Positions 29,390 to 39,577 of a stretch of DNA of 64,000 bases are shown here, piece by piece (position 1 is the stretch's first letter; each line of letters starts with the position of its first letter). The stretch lies in contig JASGHJ010000002.1 in assembly GCA_047602405.1 (NCBI GenBank), forward strand, positions 1,568,001 through 1,632,000. Reading direction: 5' to 3'. The notes beneath the pieces were generated by a model that saw nothing but the letters and a program-made list of their open reading frames with translations, was not told the DNA's origin and did not search any database. The position numbers and the translations under genes were made by a program. Source of the DNA: Anaeromyxobacteraceae bacterium (GTDB taxonomy: Bacteria; Myxococcota; Myxococcia; Myxococcales; Anaeromyxobacteraceae).

Positions 29390-29923
29390 ATGACCCTGCT
29401 CCCCGCCCTCGCCCTGGCCCTCGCCGCCGCGGCCCCCGACGCGGGCCGGCTCGCGCGCGAGGCGTTCCCCGAGGCCGAGCGCGTCGAGCCGCGGGAGGTG
29501 GTGCTCACCGACGAGCTCGCCGCGCGCCTCGAGGCGCTCGCGCACGCGCGCGTGAAGGAGCGGCGGGTCGCCTTCGTGGCCGCGCTGAAGGGCCCCGGGG
29601 CCGGGCAGGTGGTGGGCTGGCTCGTCGTGCACGAGCACGTGGTCCGGACGAAGCGTGAGACCCTCTCCGTCGCCTTCGAGCCCGACGGCCGCATCCGCAA
29701 GGTGCGGGTGCTCGAGTTCCTGGAGCCGCCCGAGTACCGCACCCCGGAGCGCTGGCTCGCCCAGCTCGAGGGGAAGGGGCCCGACGACCGGGTCACGGTC
29801 GGCCAGGACCTCGCGCCCATCTCCGGGGCGACGCTCTCCGCGCGGGGCGTCGCGGAGGCCTCGCGCTGGCTCCTGCGCGCCCTTGAGCTCGCCGCGCACC
29901 CGCCGGCGGGAGGCCGCCCATGA
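29390..29923 (+). CDS. exported FMN-binding (flavinylation target) protein
   Basis: Signal peptide; DG.I..V.VL.F.EP.EY..WL.Q..G; ISGATLS carries the [ST]GAT FMNylation motif. Confidence 0.85.
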   Translation: MTLLPALALALAAAAPDAGRLAREAFPEAERVEPREVVLTDELAARLEALAHARVKERRVAFVAALKGPGAGQVVGWLVVHEHVVRTKRETLSVAFEPDGRIRKVRVLEFLEPPEYRTPERWLAQLEGKGPDDRVTVGQDLAPISGATLSARGVAEASRWLLRALELAAHPPAGGRP

Positions 29924-30390
29924 GGCTCCTCGTCTCGCCCGTCGCGTCGAACCCCCGCAGCCGCGCGCCGGTGCGCCTCTACCTCGCCTTCGCGGCGCTC
30001 GCGCTCGTGGGCTGGGCGGTGCAGCGCGTGCGCGCGGGCGGGCTGTCGCCCGCGGAGGTGGACGCGTACTACCTCGGCGGCGGCGCGGAGCCGCTCGCGC
30101 CGGCGGCCATCTGGGAGGAGATCCACATGGGCGCCTTCGTGCACGGCTTCACGCTCTTCATGCTCGGGGCGCTGCTCGCGGTCTCCCCGGTGCCGTCGCG
30201 CCTGCGCACCGGCCTGTTCGTGGCGGCGGTCGCCGCGGCCTTCGCGGACCTCTTCGCCCCCTTCGGCGTGCTCGCGCTGCACGGCGGCGGGCTCCTGCGG
30301 GTCGCGACCTTCGTGGCGAGCGCGGCCACGTCCGGCGCGCTGCTCGCGCTCGTCGCGGCGCGGTTCGGCCGGGAGGCCCGGGATGCCTGA
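29920..30390 (+). CDS. four-TM membrane protein with His residues
   Basis: Coupled ATGA overlap; 'LSP..V.AYYLG' loop, then 'EEIHMGAFVHG'. Confidence 0.7.
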   Translation: MRLLVSPVASNPRSRAPVRLYLAFAALALVGWAVQRVRAGGLSPAEVDAYYLGGGAEPLAPAAIWEEIHMGAFVHGFTLFMLGALLAVSPVPSRLRTGLFVAAVAAAFADLFAPFGVLALHGGGLLRVATFVASAATSGALLALVAARFGREARDA

Positions 30391-30937
30391 TCGCCGGCTC
30401 CTCGCGCACCGGCTGCCGGCGCTCGCCTTCGCGGCGTTCCTCGTGGTGATCGCCGGCTCCGCGGCCGTGCTGTTCGCGCTGAAGATGGGGCTCGGGCCGG
30501 GCCACGTCGCCGCCTACTACCGGGGCGACGAGGCGAGCTTCGCCCCGGCGAAGAGCTTCGACGGGCTCCTCCTCGTGGCGGTGCCGCACCTCGCGGCCAT
30601 CCCGCTCGTGCTCTTCGCCGCCGCGCACGTGGTCGGCTGGGCGCGCGCCCTGCCGGGCCGGTGGCACCGCGCGCTCCTCGCGCTCTCGTTCGCCTGCGCC
30701 GCGCTCTCGGTCGGGGGCGGGTTCCTCGTGCGGTACGCCGGGCCCGGCCTCGCCTGGCTCAAGATCGCGGCGTTCGCCGGCCTCGAGGCGGCGGTCCTCG
30801 CCTGGGCCGCGCTCCTCGTGCGGGTCTTCCTGCCGCTCCGTCACGGGCTCGCGGCGGCCAGCCCGGGCGTCGCGACGACGCGGCCCGCGGAGTCCACCAC
30901 GATCGCCTCGACGCCGGCCTCGCGCGCCAGCCGCTGA
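30383..30937 (+). CDS. four-TM membrane protein with His residues, apparent paralogue of the upstream gene
   Basis: 'LGP..VAAYYRG' loop, then 'VAVPHL...AAHV'. Confidence 0.7.
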   Translation: MPDRRLLAHRLPALAFAAFLVVIAGSAAVLFALKMGLGPGHVAAYYRGDEASFAPAKSFDGLLLVAVPHLAAIPLVLFAAAHVVGWARALPGRWHRALLALSFACAALSVGGGFLVRYAGPGLAWLKIAAFAGLEAAVLAWAALLVRVFLPLRHGLAAASPGVATTRPAESTTIASTPASRASR

Positions 30938-31851
30938 GCCGCGCCCGGCCCGGCGACGAAGAGCGACTTGCCCTGGATCTCCGCCTCGACCGCCGAGGGC
31001 GCCAGCACGGTGACCGAGCGCACGCCCTCCGCCGGGCGGCACGTGCGGGGATCGAGCACGTGGTGGTACCGCCGGCCGCCGGCGACGAACGCGTGCTCGT
31101 AGTCCCCGCTGGTCGAGAAGGCCGCGTCGCGCACCGGGAGCCGGAGGAGCGCGTCGCCGGCGCCGCCGCGCGGGTCCCGCACGCCGACCGTCCAGGGCTC
31201 GCCGCCGCGGGAGCCGGCGGCGTACAGGTCGCCCCCGGCCTGCAGGAGGAAGTCGCGGTACCCGAGCGCCCGGAGCGCCCGCGCCGCGGCGTCGAGCGCC
31301 CAGCCCTTCGCGAGGCCGCCGAGGCCGACCCGCATGCCGGCCCGCTCGAGGCGCGCGTCGCAGCCGCCGGCGGCGCGCGGGCGGAGCGCGAGGCCGGCGT
31401 GGCCGACGAGCGGGCAGGCCGCGCGCAGCGCCGGCTCCGCGGGCGGCGCCGGCGCGTGCACGTCGAACCGCCAGAGGCCGGAGAGGGCCGCCCAGGTCGG
31501 GTCGAAGCGGCCGTCGGTCCGCGCCGCGCCGTCCTTGGCGCGGGCGAGGGCGTCGCAGAGGTCCCCGGGGAGGGGCACCCAGCCCCGGCCGGCCGCGGCG
31601 TTCAGGCTCGAGAGCGGAGACTGCGGGTCCCACTCGTTCATCGACCAGGTCACGCGCTCGAAGACCGCGAAGGCGGCCTCGAGGCCGGGGCCTGCCCGGG
31701 CGGGGTCCACCCCGGCGAGCGCGACGGTCGCGAGGGAGCCCAGCGTCGGGCGGGTCTCCTGGACGAGCCCGGCCCCGGCCGGTGCGGGGGCGGAGGCCGG
31801 GCCGGCGGCGGAGGCGAGCCAGAGCGCGGCGGCGAGGGCAGGGCGCACCAC
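30841..31851 (-). CDS. apbE: FAD:protein FMN transferase
   Basis: S.LS.LN, T.G.FDPT, LGGLAKG.A.D, AGGDL, STSGDYE, RYHH.LDP.T. Confidence 0.92.
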   Translation of the reverse strand: MVRPALAAALWLASAAGPASAPAPAGAGLVQETRPTLGSLATVALAGVDPARAGPGLEAAFAVFERVTWSMNEWDPQSPLSSLNAAAGRGWVPLPGDLCDALARAKDGAARTDGRFDPTWAALSGLWRFDVHAPAPPAEPALRAACPLVGHAGLALRPRAAGGCDARLERAGMRVGLGGLAKGWALDAAARALRALGYRDFLLQAGGDLYAAGSRGGEPWTVGVRDPRGGAGDALLRLPVRDAAFSTSGDYEHAFVAGGRRYHHVLDPRTCRPAEGVRSVTVLAPSAVEAEIQGKSLFVAGPGAAQRLAREAGVEAIVVDSAGRVVATPGLAAASP

Positions 31852-31932
31852 GGGGTCTTAACCTGCGGTAGGTCCCGAGACATCGGCCGATTTCTGGATC
31901 TCCCCCATCGGCCATGCGAGCGTCGTCGGGAG

Positions 31933-32223
31933 ATGGTGACGTGGCGAAGCTGGGTCCTCAGGGCCTACGTCGGGGGCCTCGCGCTCCTGGCGCTCCTGTC
32001 CGCCGTCGACACCTCCGGCCTGCGCAAGGCGAGCCGCCTCGCGGCCGAGGCGGAGCGGGTCGAGGCGGAGAACCGCCGCCTCGCCGAGGAGAACGCCCGG
32101 CTCACGCGCGAGGTGCGAGCGCTGAAGAGCGACCCCGCCGCCATGGAGCGCGCCGCGCGCGAGGACCTCGGCCTCGTCCGCCCGGGCGAGCGCGTCTACC
32201 GGGTGGAGGCCACCCCGCCGTGA
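31933..32223 (+). CDS. ftsB: septum formation initiator (FtsB/DivIC family)
   Basis: TM helix, coiled coil, ERAAREDLGLVRPGERVY. Confidence 0.85.
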   Translation: MVTWRSWVLRAYVGGLALLALLSAVDTSGLRKASRLAAEAERVEAENRRLAEENARLTREVRALKSDPAAMERAAREDLGLVRPGERVYRVEATPP

Positions 32224-34493
32224 GCGTCCCGGCCGCCTCGCTCCCGGCGAACCGCGCCGACGGCGGGCCGCGCCCCACGCTCGGGGAGAAGCTCGCCCGG
32301 ACGCGCCGCCGGCCGCCGCTCGTGCGCGTCTACGCCGCGGTGTTCTCGGAGCTCGGCCTCCTGGGCGGCCCGTCGCGCCGCCGGGTCCGCCGCTTCCTCC
32401 TGCGCAGCCTGCCCGCGGCCGTCGTGGTCGCGAACGCGGGGCTCGTGGCGCTCGGCGCCTACGGGGCCCGGGAGCCGGGCTGGATCCAGGCGGGCGCGCT
32501 CGCCGCGCTCGCGCTCGGCCTCGCCGGCGCCGTCTACCGCCGCACGCTCGGCGCGGCCGAGGGGCGCGCGGCGCCGCTCCGGGAGCAGCTCGAGCTCGGC
32601 TCGCTCTTCGTCGTCGCCGCCCACGCGACCGCCCAGGCCGCGAGCGCCGGCGGCGAGTCGGTGCTGCAGCCGCTCGTCTACCTCGTGATGGCGTTCCTGG
32701 TGGCCTTCCTCTCGCGCCCGGCGGGCTTCGCGCTCGTGGGGTTCGCGGTGGCGCTCGAGGGGCTCGCCTGGCTGGGCCGCGGGGCCCACGGCGCGGAGCT
32801 GCCGGCGGCGGTCATCCACGGCGGGTTCGTGGCCCTGTTCGCGGCGCTCTACCACGCGGTGCTGGCCGCCCACGTCGCCGCGGGCCGGCGCGCCGAGGCC
32901 GAGGCCGTGGCGCGGCGGCTCCGGGAGATCGTGGACCGGGCCCGGGTGCTCCGGGTGCAGGCGCCCGCCGGCGTCCCGGCCGAGGAGGACGAGTGGTCGG
33001 CGTCCGCGGTCGTCGAGGTCGAGGCGGCGGTGAGCGCGGCGCTCGAGATCGCCGAGGCCGCGCTGGAGAGCCAGCTCGCGGCGGTCTACCTGCTCTCCAC
33101 CGACGACAAGGCGCTCACCCTCGTCGAGTGCCGGGCGGCCGACGACGTCGTCGCCCGCGGGCCGCTGCCCGCCGGGGAGGGCGCGCTCGGCGCGGCCGTG
33201 AAGACCCGCCGCCCGGTGCGCCTGCACGGGGACCTGAAGCTGCCCGCGCACCGGCTCGACGGCCGGGCGCCCGGGGCCCTCCTCGTCGTGCCGATCGTGG
33301 ACGGGAAGGGGTTCGTGCGCGGGGTGGTGCTCGCGGAGCGCGAGACGCCCGTGGCCTTCACCGAAGGGGACGAGCGGGTGCTCCAGGCCCTCGCCGCCGA
33401 GATCTGGCGTGCCCGCAGCGCCGAGGCGCTCATGGCGAACATGCGCCGGGCGCGCGACGAGAAGACGCGGCTCCACGGCGCGATCGAGCGGCTCAACAAG
33501 GCCGCCAAGCCCGCCGAGGTCTACGACGCGGCGCTCGACGCCGCCCGGGCGATGGCCCCGGCCGACGTGGCGGTCGTGACGCTGGTCGAGCAGCGCGGGT
33601 CGCGGAAGTTCCACGTGGTGGTGCGCGCCGCGGGCGACGAGGCCGTCGTGAAGGCCCTCGAGGGCCGCGAGTGGCCGGACGAGGCGGGCGGGCTCGTCGC
33701 GTCGGCGGTCCGCTTCGGCCAGAGCCTGCCCGCGGCCGACGTCGACCCCGCGAAGACCCCGGTCCTCGACCCCGAGACCCGCCTGAAGGGCGTCGCCTCC
33801 CTGCGGGTCCTGCCGCTCAAGTCGGCCCAGGAGGTGGTGGGGACCCTGGTCCTCGGCAGCCGCCGGCCGGAGGCCTACGACGGCGACCTGAAGCTCCAGC
33901 TCGACGTCGTCGCCATGCAGGCCGCGACCTCGCTCGACCGGGCCCGCCTCTTCGAGAAGACCGAGCGCCTCGCGACGACCGACGGCCTCACCGGGCTCCA
34001 GAACCACCGCACCTTCCAGGCCCGCCTCGACGACGTGCTCGCCCAGGCCGAGCGGTACGGGAAGCGCGCGGCGCTCCTCCTGTGCGACATCGACCACTTC
34101 AAGTCGGTGAACGACACCTACGGGCACCCGATCGGTGACGTGGTGCTCCGGGGGGTCGCCCAGCTCCTCGCGAAGGAGGCCCGCACGGTCGACGTGGTCG
34201 CCCGCTACGGCGGCGAGGAGTTCGCGATCATCATGCCGGAGACCGACGCCGCGGGCGCCGCCGTCATCGCCGAGCGCATCCGGGAGCGGGTCGCCGCGCG
34301 GACCTTCGAGACCGAGCAGGGGCCGCTGAAGGTCACCCTATCCCTGGGCGTCGCCGGCTACCCGGGCGACGCCGACCGGCGCGCCACCCTGGTGGAGCGC
34401 GCCGACGCCTGCCTCTACCAGGCGAAGCGCTCCGGCCGGAACCGGGTGGTCGCGGCGTCCGCCGGCCGCCCGCGGCCCCTCGCGGCGGGGTAG
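32220..34493 (+). CDS. membrane-bound GAF-GAF-GGDEF diguanylate cyclase
   Basis: N-terminal TM bundle, two GAF-like domains, TTDGLTGL.N, DIDHFK.VND.YGH, RTVD (RxxD) I-site, RYGGEEF. Confidence 0.9.
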   Translation: MSVPAASLPANRADGGPRPTLGEKLARTRRRPPLVRVYAAVFSELGLLGGPSRRRVRRFLLRSLPAAVVVANAGLVALGAYGAREPGWIQAGALAALALGLAGAVYRRTLGAAEGRAAPLREQLELGSLFVVAAHATAQAASAGGESVLQPLVYLVMAFLVAFLSRPAGFALVGFAVALEGLAWLGRGAHGAELPAAVIHGGFVALFAALYHAVLAAHVAAGRRAEAEAVARRLREIVDRARVLRVQAPAGVPAEEDEWSASAVVEVEAAVSAALEIAEAALESQLAAVYLLSTDDKALTLVECRAADDVVARGPLPAGEGALGAAVKTRRPVRLHGDLKLPAHRLDGRAPGALLVVPIVDGKGFVRGVVLAERETPVAFTEGDERVLQALAAEIWRARSAEALMANMRRARDEKTRLHGAIERLNKAAKPAEVYDAALDAARAMAPADVAVVTLVEQRGSRKFHVVVRAAGDEAVVKALEGREWPDEAGGLVASAVRFGQSLPAADVDPAKTPVLDPETRLKGVASLRVLPLKSAQEVVGTLVLGSRRPEAYDGDLKLQLDVVAMQAATSLDRARLFEKTERLATTDGLTGLQNHRTFQARLDDVLAQAERYGKRAALLLCDIDHFKSVNDTYGHPIGDVVLRGVAQLLAKEARTVDVVARYGGEEFAIIMPETDAAGAAVIAERIRERVAARTFETEQGPLKVTLSLGVAGYPGDADRRATLVERADACLYQAKRSGRNRVVAASAGRPRPLAAG

Positions 34494-34502
34494 AATCCCG
34501 GC

Positions 34503-35832
34503 GTGAAGAAGAACTTCGTCCTCGACACCAACGTCCTCCTGCACGACCCCCGCAGCATCTTCGGGTTCGGGGACAACGACGTCGTGATCCCGATCTACGT
34601 GATCGAGGAGATCGACAACTTCAAGCGCGACCTGTCGACGCTCGGCCGCAACGCCCGCCAGGTCTCCCGCCACCTCGACGACTTCCGCGCGGCCGGAAAG
34701 CTGCGCGAGGGCGTCTCGATCGGCCCGGAGCACGGCCGCATCCGCGTGCTGACGGCCGAGCGGAAGCTCAGCCCGAACCACGCGATCGAGGGGCACTCGG
34801 TCGACGACAAGAATCCTCGCGGTCGCCCTCGAGCTCGCCGAGCGCGAGAAGGGCACCCCGACCGTCTTCGTCACGAAGGACACGAACCTGCGCATCCGCG
34901 CCGACGCGCTCGGCCTCCACGCGGAGGACTACGACGTCGAGGGCATGGAGGCGCTCGACGAGCTCTGGAGCGGCATCGCCGAGGTGGACGTCGACCCGGA
35001 GGCGGTGAACGCCTTCTACGCCGAGGGCACGCTCCCGGTCCCGTCCGGGGTCGAGCCCCCGCCGCCGAACGCCTTCGTGGTGCTCCGCGACCGCACCAAC
35101 CCGCAGCACTCCGCGGTGGGCAAGTACTCGGCGGCGCGGCAGGCCTTCGTGCAGCTCATCAAGACGCCGAAGGAGGGCGTCTGGGGCATCCGGCCGCGCA
35201 ACAAGGAGCAGTCGTTCGCGCTCGACCTGCTCCTCAACGACGAGGTCCGGCTCGTCACCATCGTGGGCAAGGCCGGCACCGGGAAGACGCTCCTCGCCAT
35301 CGCGGCGGGCCTCCAAAAGACGATGGAGGAGGCCGTCTACCAGAAGCTGCTCGTCTCCCGCCCGATCTTCCCGCTGGGGCGCGACATCGGCTACCTGCCC
35401 GGCTCGGTCGAGGAGAAGCTCAACCCCTGGATGCAGCCGATCTTCGACAACGTCGAGTACCTCATGAACCTCTCGCGCTCCGAGAAGAAGCAGGGGCGCG
35501 GGTACCACGAGCTGCTCGACCTCGGCATCCTCGAGATCGAGCCTTTGACCTACATCCGCGGCCGGTCGATCCCGAACCAGTACATCATCGTCGACGAGGC
35601 CCAGAACCTCACCCCGCACGAGGTGAAGACCATCATCACCCGCGCGGGCGACGGCACGAAGATCGTGCTGACCGGCGACCCCTACCAGATCGACAACCCG
35701 TACGTGGACCAGACCAACAACGGGCTCGTGCACGTGGTGAACCGCTTCAAGAGCGAGCGGCTCGCGGGCCACATCACGATGTCGAAGGGCGAGCGCAGCC
35801 CGCTGGCGGAGCTCGCGGCGAATTTGCTCTAG
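34503..35832 (+). CDS. PIN-PhoH (PhoH2) family protein (frameshift ~34812)
   Basis: VLDTNVLLHD PIN start, (F)VTKD.NLRI.A across frames, RN.EQ, GKAGTGKT, RGRS, DEAQN. Confidence 0.9.
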
Positions 35833-35850
35833 CCGCCTTAGGATCCGCCG

Positions 35851-36118
35851 GTGACCGAACCGACGCTCCCCGAGCTCGAGTACCCGCTCGACTACACCTT
35901 CAAGAATCATGGGGCTCGCCGCCGACGACTTCGAGCGGCACGCCCGCGCGCTCGTCGAGCGGGCGATCGGGCTCGAGGCCGCCGAGGTGCGGGTGCGGTC
36001 GAGCGCCGGCGGGAAGTACCACTCGGTCTCGGTGGTGGTGCGGCTCGAGGGCGAGGATCAGCGCCGGGCGGTCTACGTGGCCCTGAAGGCCGACGCGCGG
36101 GTGGTCTACTACCTGTAA
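35851..36118 (+). CDS. DUF493/YbeD family protein (frameshift ~35905)
   Basis: LEYP..YTFK(I)MG...SS.GKY.SV...Y..L....V..YL. Confidence 0.85.
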
Positions 36119-36151
36119 CGCGGAGCGCCGGTCAGGCGGCGGCGGGGCCGG

Positions 36152-37237
36152 TCAGGCGGCGGCACTCGGCGCGAAGTCGACGACCTCGACCGCGCCGGGC
36201 GCGAGCCCGAACTGCACCCCGTCCCGCCAGCCCTCGGCGTCGCCGCCGATCTGCAGCGGCATCGGGCGCTCGAACGACAGCGCGACGCGCTCGACCGAGA
36301 AGTCGTGGAGCACCTCGTGGCTGAACTCGCCGGAGAACAGGCGGGGCAGCTGGAGGAGCACGTCGGCGACCGGGACCGAGGAGGCGAGCCGGAGCTGGAA
36401 CATGCCCGGCGCGCGGTCGGCGAACGGGAACGCCTTCAGGCCGAGGCCGTAGTACGGGACCGTGCTCGCCGCGGCGAGGGCGCAGGGGCCCGCGTAGAGG
36501 AGCTCGCCGTGCTCGACCGGGCGGCCGATGCGGTTGCCGCGGGCGTCGAGGCGCCAGGCGGTGCGGCCGGTGTTCACGATCTCGCAGTAGCCGGGCCGGC
36601 GCTCCATGAGGTAGCGGGGCGCCGAGCGGAGCGCGACGGCGAGCCCGTAGCCGGGGGCGCCGAGGCCGAGGCCGCGCAGCGGCGTCTCGGCGAGCCGCTG
36701 CCTGACCCAGTTGTAGTCGTTGAGGATCGCGGCATCGAGGCCGACGCCCGCGAACGGGGTGCGGCGGCCGCCGACGTCGAGGAGCGGGAGGCGGCGCGTG
36801 CCGGCCTCGCCCCGGAGGTACCGGACGAGGTCCTCGGTGTGGCGGCGCGGGTCGGCGCCGACCATCTCGGCGACCGCGTTGCCGGTGCCGAGCGCGAGCA
36901 CGCCGAAGCGGGGCGCCCGGGCGAAGCGGCGCTCGGCGATCTCGAGGATGCGGTTCACCCAGGCGACGAACGTCCCGTCGCCGCCGCCGGTGAAGACGGT
37001 GTGGTAGCCGCGGTCCACCACGGCCTCGGCGACGCGCGACGCCTCGTCCGGGCAGGTGGTGAAGTAGACGTGCTCGCTCGGCACCACGCTCAGCAGGGAG
37101 TCGCGCACGCGCGCGTTGACCGCCTTCGCGTTCCCGTTCAGGAGCACGGCGACGCCCTCGGTGCCGGCCGCGGGGGCGGCGTCGGCGGCGGGGTGAAACC
37201 GGGCCTGGCGCTCGAAGTTCTGGATGAGTCGAAGCAT
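36152..37237 (-). CDS. diacylglycerol kinase family lipid kinase
   Basis: GGGDGT, LGTGN, G.GLDA, QIGGD. Confidence 0.85.
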   Translation of the reverse strand: MLRLIQNFERQARFHPAADAAPAAGTEGVAVLLNGNAKAVNARVRDSLLSVVPSEHVYFTTCPDEASRVAEAVVDRGYHTVFTGGGDGTFVAWVNRILEIAERRFARAPRFGVLALGTGNAVAEMVGADPRRHTEDLVRYLRGEAGTRRLPLLDVGGRRTPFAGVGLDAAILNDYNWVRQRLAETPLRGLGLGAPGYGLAVALRSAPRYLMERRPGYCEIVNTGRTAWRLDARGNRIGRPVEHGELLYAGPCALAAASTVPYYGLGLKAFPFADRAPGMFQLRLASSVPVADVLLQLPRLFSGEFSHEVLHDFSVERVALSFERPMPLQIGGDAEGWRDGVQFGLAPGAVEVVDFAPSAAA

Positions 37238-37484
37238 GCTCACGGGTCCGCCTCTGAGGTGTGACGCGGCTGCCCCGGTGGGAGCAAGCGCGGTGCCACG
37301 GCGCGTCACCGAGGCGATCCCGTGTCGGAATCGTGAGTTGCGTGCGGTGCCCTACCCGGGTCGGGTGTACGGGGTACGCGTCGCCAGGGTGGCGGTGCGG
37401 TGTCCGCTACGCACCTCGGCTGCGTAGCGTCGTCGCACCCGGGCGGCGGAGCCCGGGGCGGGAGCGCAAACGACCAGGCGGCGT

Positions 37485-37512
37485 TTGACAGGCCCGGACG
37501 CGGACTTAGGTT
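37485..37512 (+). promoter_or_regulatory. sigma70-type promoter of dnaK
   Basis: TTGACA-16 nt-TAGGTT; AGGAGG ribosome-binding site downstream. Confidence 0.5.
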
Positions 37513-37539
37513 GGCCGCGTCCAGGAGGGACCTTCGAGA

Positions 37540-39436
37540 ATGGCCAAGATCATCGGCATCGACCTCGGCACGACCAACTCCGTCGTCGCGGTGATGGAGG
37601 GCAAGGACGCCGTCGTCATCACGAACGAGGAGGGCTCGCGCCTCACCCCGAGCGTCGTCGCCTACACCAAGGAAGGGGAGCGGCTGGTCGGCCAGGTGGC
37701 CAAGCGCCAGGCCATCACCAACCCCGAGCGCACCGTCTACTCGATCAAGCGGTTCATGGGCCGCCGGTACAGCGAGGTCTCCGAGGAGAGCCGCCGCGTC
37801 CCGTACAAGGTGGTGGAGGGCCCGAACGGCGACGCCCGCGTCGACATCGACGGCAAGCAGAACTCGCCCCCCGAGATCTCGGCGCAGATCCTGCTCAAGC
37901 TGAAGCGCGCCGCCGAGAACTACCTCGGCGAGAAGGTGACGGACGCCGTCATCACGGTGCCCGCGTACTTCAACGACGCCCAGCGCCAGGCCACGAAGGA
38001 CGCCGGCGAGATCGCCGGCCTCAACGTCCGCCGCATCGTGAACGAGCCGACCGCGGCGGCGCTCGCCTACGGCCTCGACCGCAAGAAGAACGAGAAGATC
38101 GCGGTCTACGACTTCGGCGGCGGCACGTTCGACATCTCGATCCTCGAGGTGGGCGAGAACGTGGTCGAGGTGCTCGCGACGAACGGCGACACGCACCTCG
38201 GCGGCGACAACCTCGACCAGGCGATCATCGACTGGCTCATCGCCGAGTTCCGGAAGGACTCCGGCCTCGACGTCTCGAAGGACAAGATGGTGCTGCAGCG
38301 CCTCAAGGAGGCGGCCGAGAAGGCGAAGATCGAGCTCTCCTCGACGATGGAGACCGAGATCAACCTGCCGTTCCTCACCGCCGATCAGACGGGCCCGAAG
38401 CACCTCTCCATGAAGCTCTCGCGCGCCAAGCTCGAGCAGCTCGTGGGGGCGCTCGTCGACCGCTCGATCGAGCCGACCCGCCGCTGCATCGCCGACGCGA
38501 AGCTCGACCCGTCGCAGATCGACGAGGTGGTGCTGGTCGGCGGCCAGACGCGCATGCCGCTCATCATCGAGACGGTGAAGAAGTTCTTCGGCAAGGAGCC
38601 GAACCGCACCGTCAACCCGGACGAGGTCGTGGCGGTCGGCGCGGCGGTCCAGGCGGGCGTGCTCTCCGGCGAGGTGAAGGACATCCTCCTCCTCGACGTG
38701 ACCCCGCTCTCGCTGGGCGTGGAGACCCTCGGCGGCGTGATGACCCGCCTCATCGAGCGGAACACCACCATCCCGGTCAAGAAGGCGGAGGTCTTCTCGA
38801 CCGCCTCCGACAGCCAGACGTCCGTCGAGATCCACGTGCTCCAGGGCGAGCGCGAGATGGCGAAGGACAACCGGACCCTCGGCCGCTTCCACCTCGAGGG
38901 CATCCCGCCGGCGCCCCGGGGCCTGCCGCAGAATCGAGGTGGCGTTCGACATCGACGCGAACGGCATCCTGAACGTCTCGGCCCGCGACAAGGGCACCGG
39001 CAAGGAGACGAAGATCACCATCTCGCACTCGTCCGGCCTCGCGAAGGACGAGGTGGAGAAGATGGTGGCCGACGCCCGCGCGCACGAGTCCGAGGACAAG
39101 GCGCGCCGCGACGAGATCGAGCAGCGCAACCGCGCCGAGAACCTCGCCTACCAGATGGAGAAGCTCCTCAAGGACAACAAGGAGAAGCTCTCCGCCCCCA
39201 CGGTGAAGGACATCGAGGACGCGGTCGCCGAGGTCCACAAGGTCCGCGAGAAGGGCACCGCCGACGAGGTGAAGGCGGCGATGGACCGCCTCGAGAAGGC
39301 GAGCCACAAGGCGGCCGAGGAGCTCTACAAGACCGCGCAGCCCGACGGCGGCCCCGCCGGCGGCCCGCCCCCCGGCGGCACGCCCGAGGAGCCCAAGAAG
39401 GACAACGTCGTCGACGCGGAGTTCAAGCAGGTCTAG
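37540..39436 (+). CDS. dnaK: molecular chaperone DnaK (frameshift ~38932)
   Basis: Canonical DnaK motifs; ...[19 protein letters not shown]... continues in the next frame to VVDAEFKQV*. Confidence 0.97.
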
Positions 39437-39453
39437 CGGCTCCGCGCCCGCCC

Positions 39454-39528
39454 GTCCTTCGACTTCGAAACCGCGGCGCCCGGGCCTCACGGCCCGGGCG
39501 TCGCAGTTTCTACGCTCAGGATGAGCGG
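39454..39528 (+). repeat. palindromic repeat family B downstream of dnaK
   Basis: GTCCTTCGACTTCG-[long hairpin]-CTACGCTCAGGATGAGCGG. Confidence 0.6.
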
Positions 39529-39577
39529 TCCAGATTTCCCGGGCGGCGACGGCCGCAGGGGCTAAGCTCCAGGTCCC

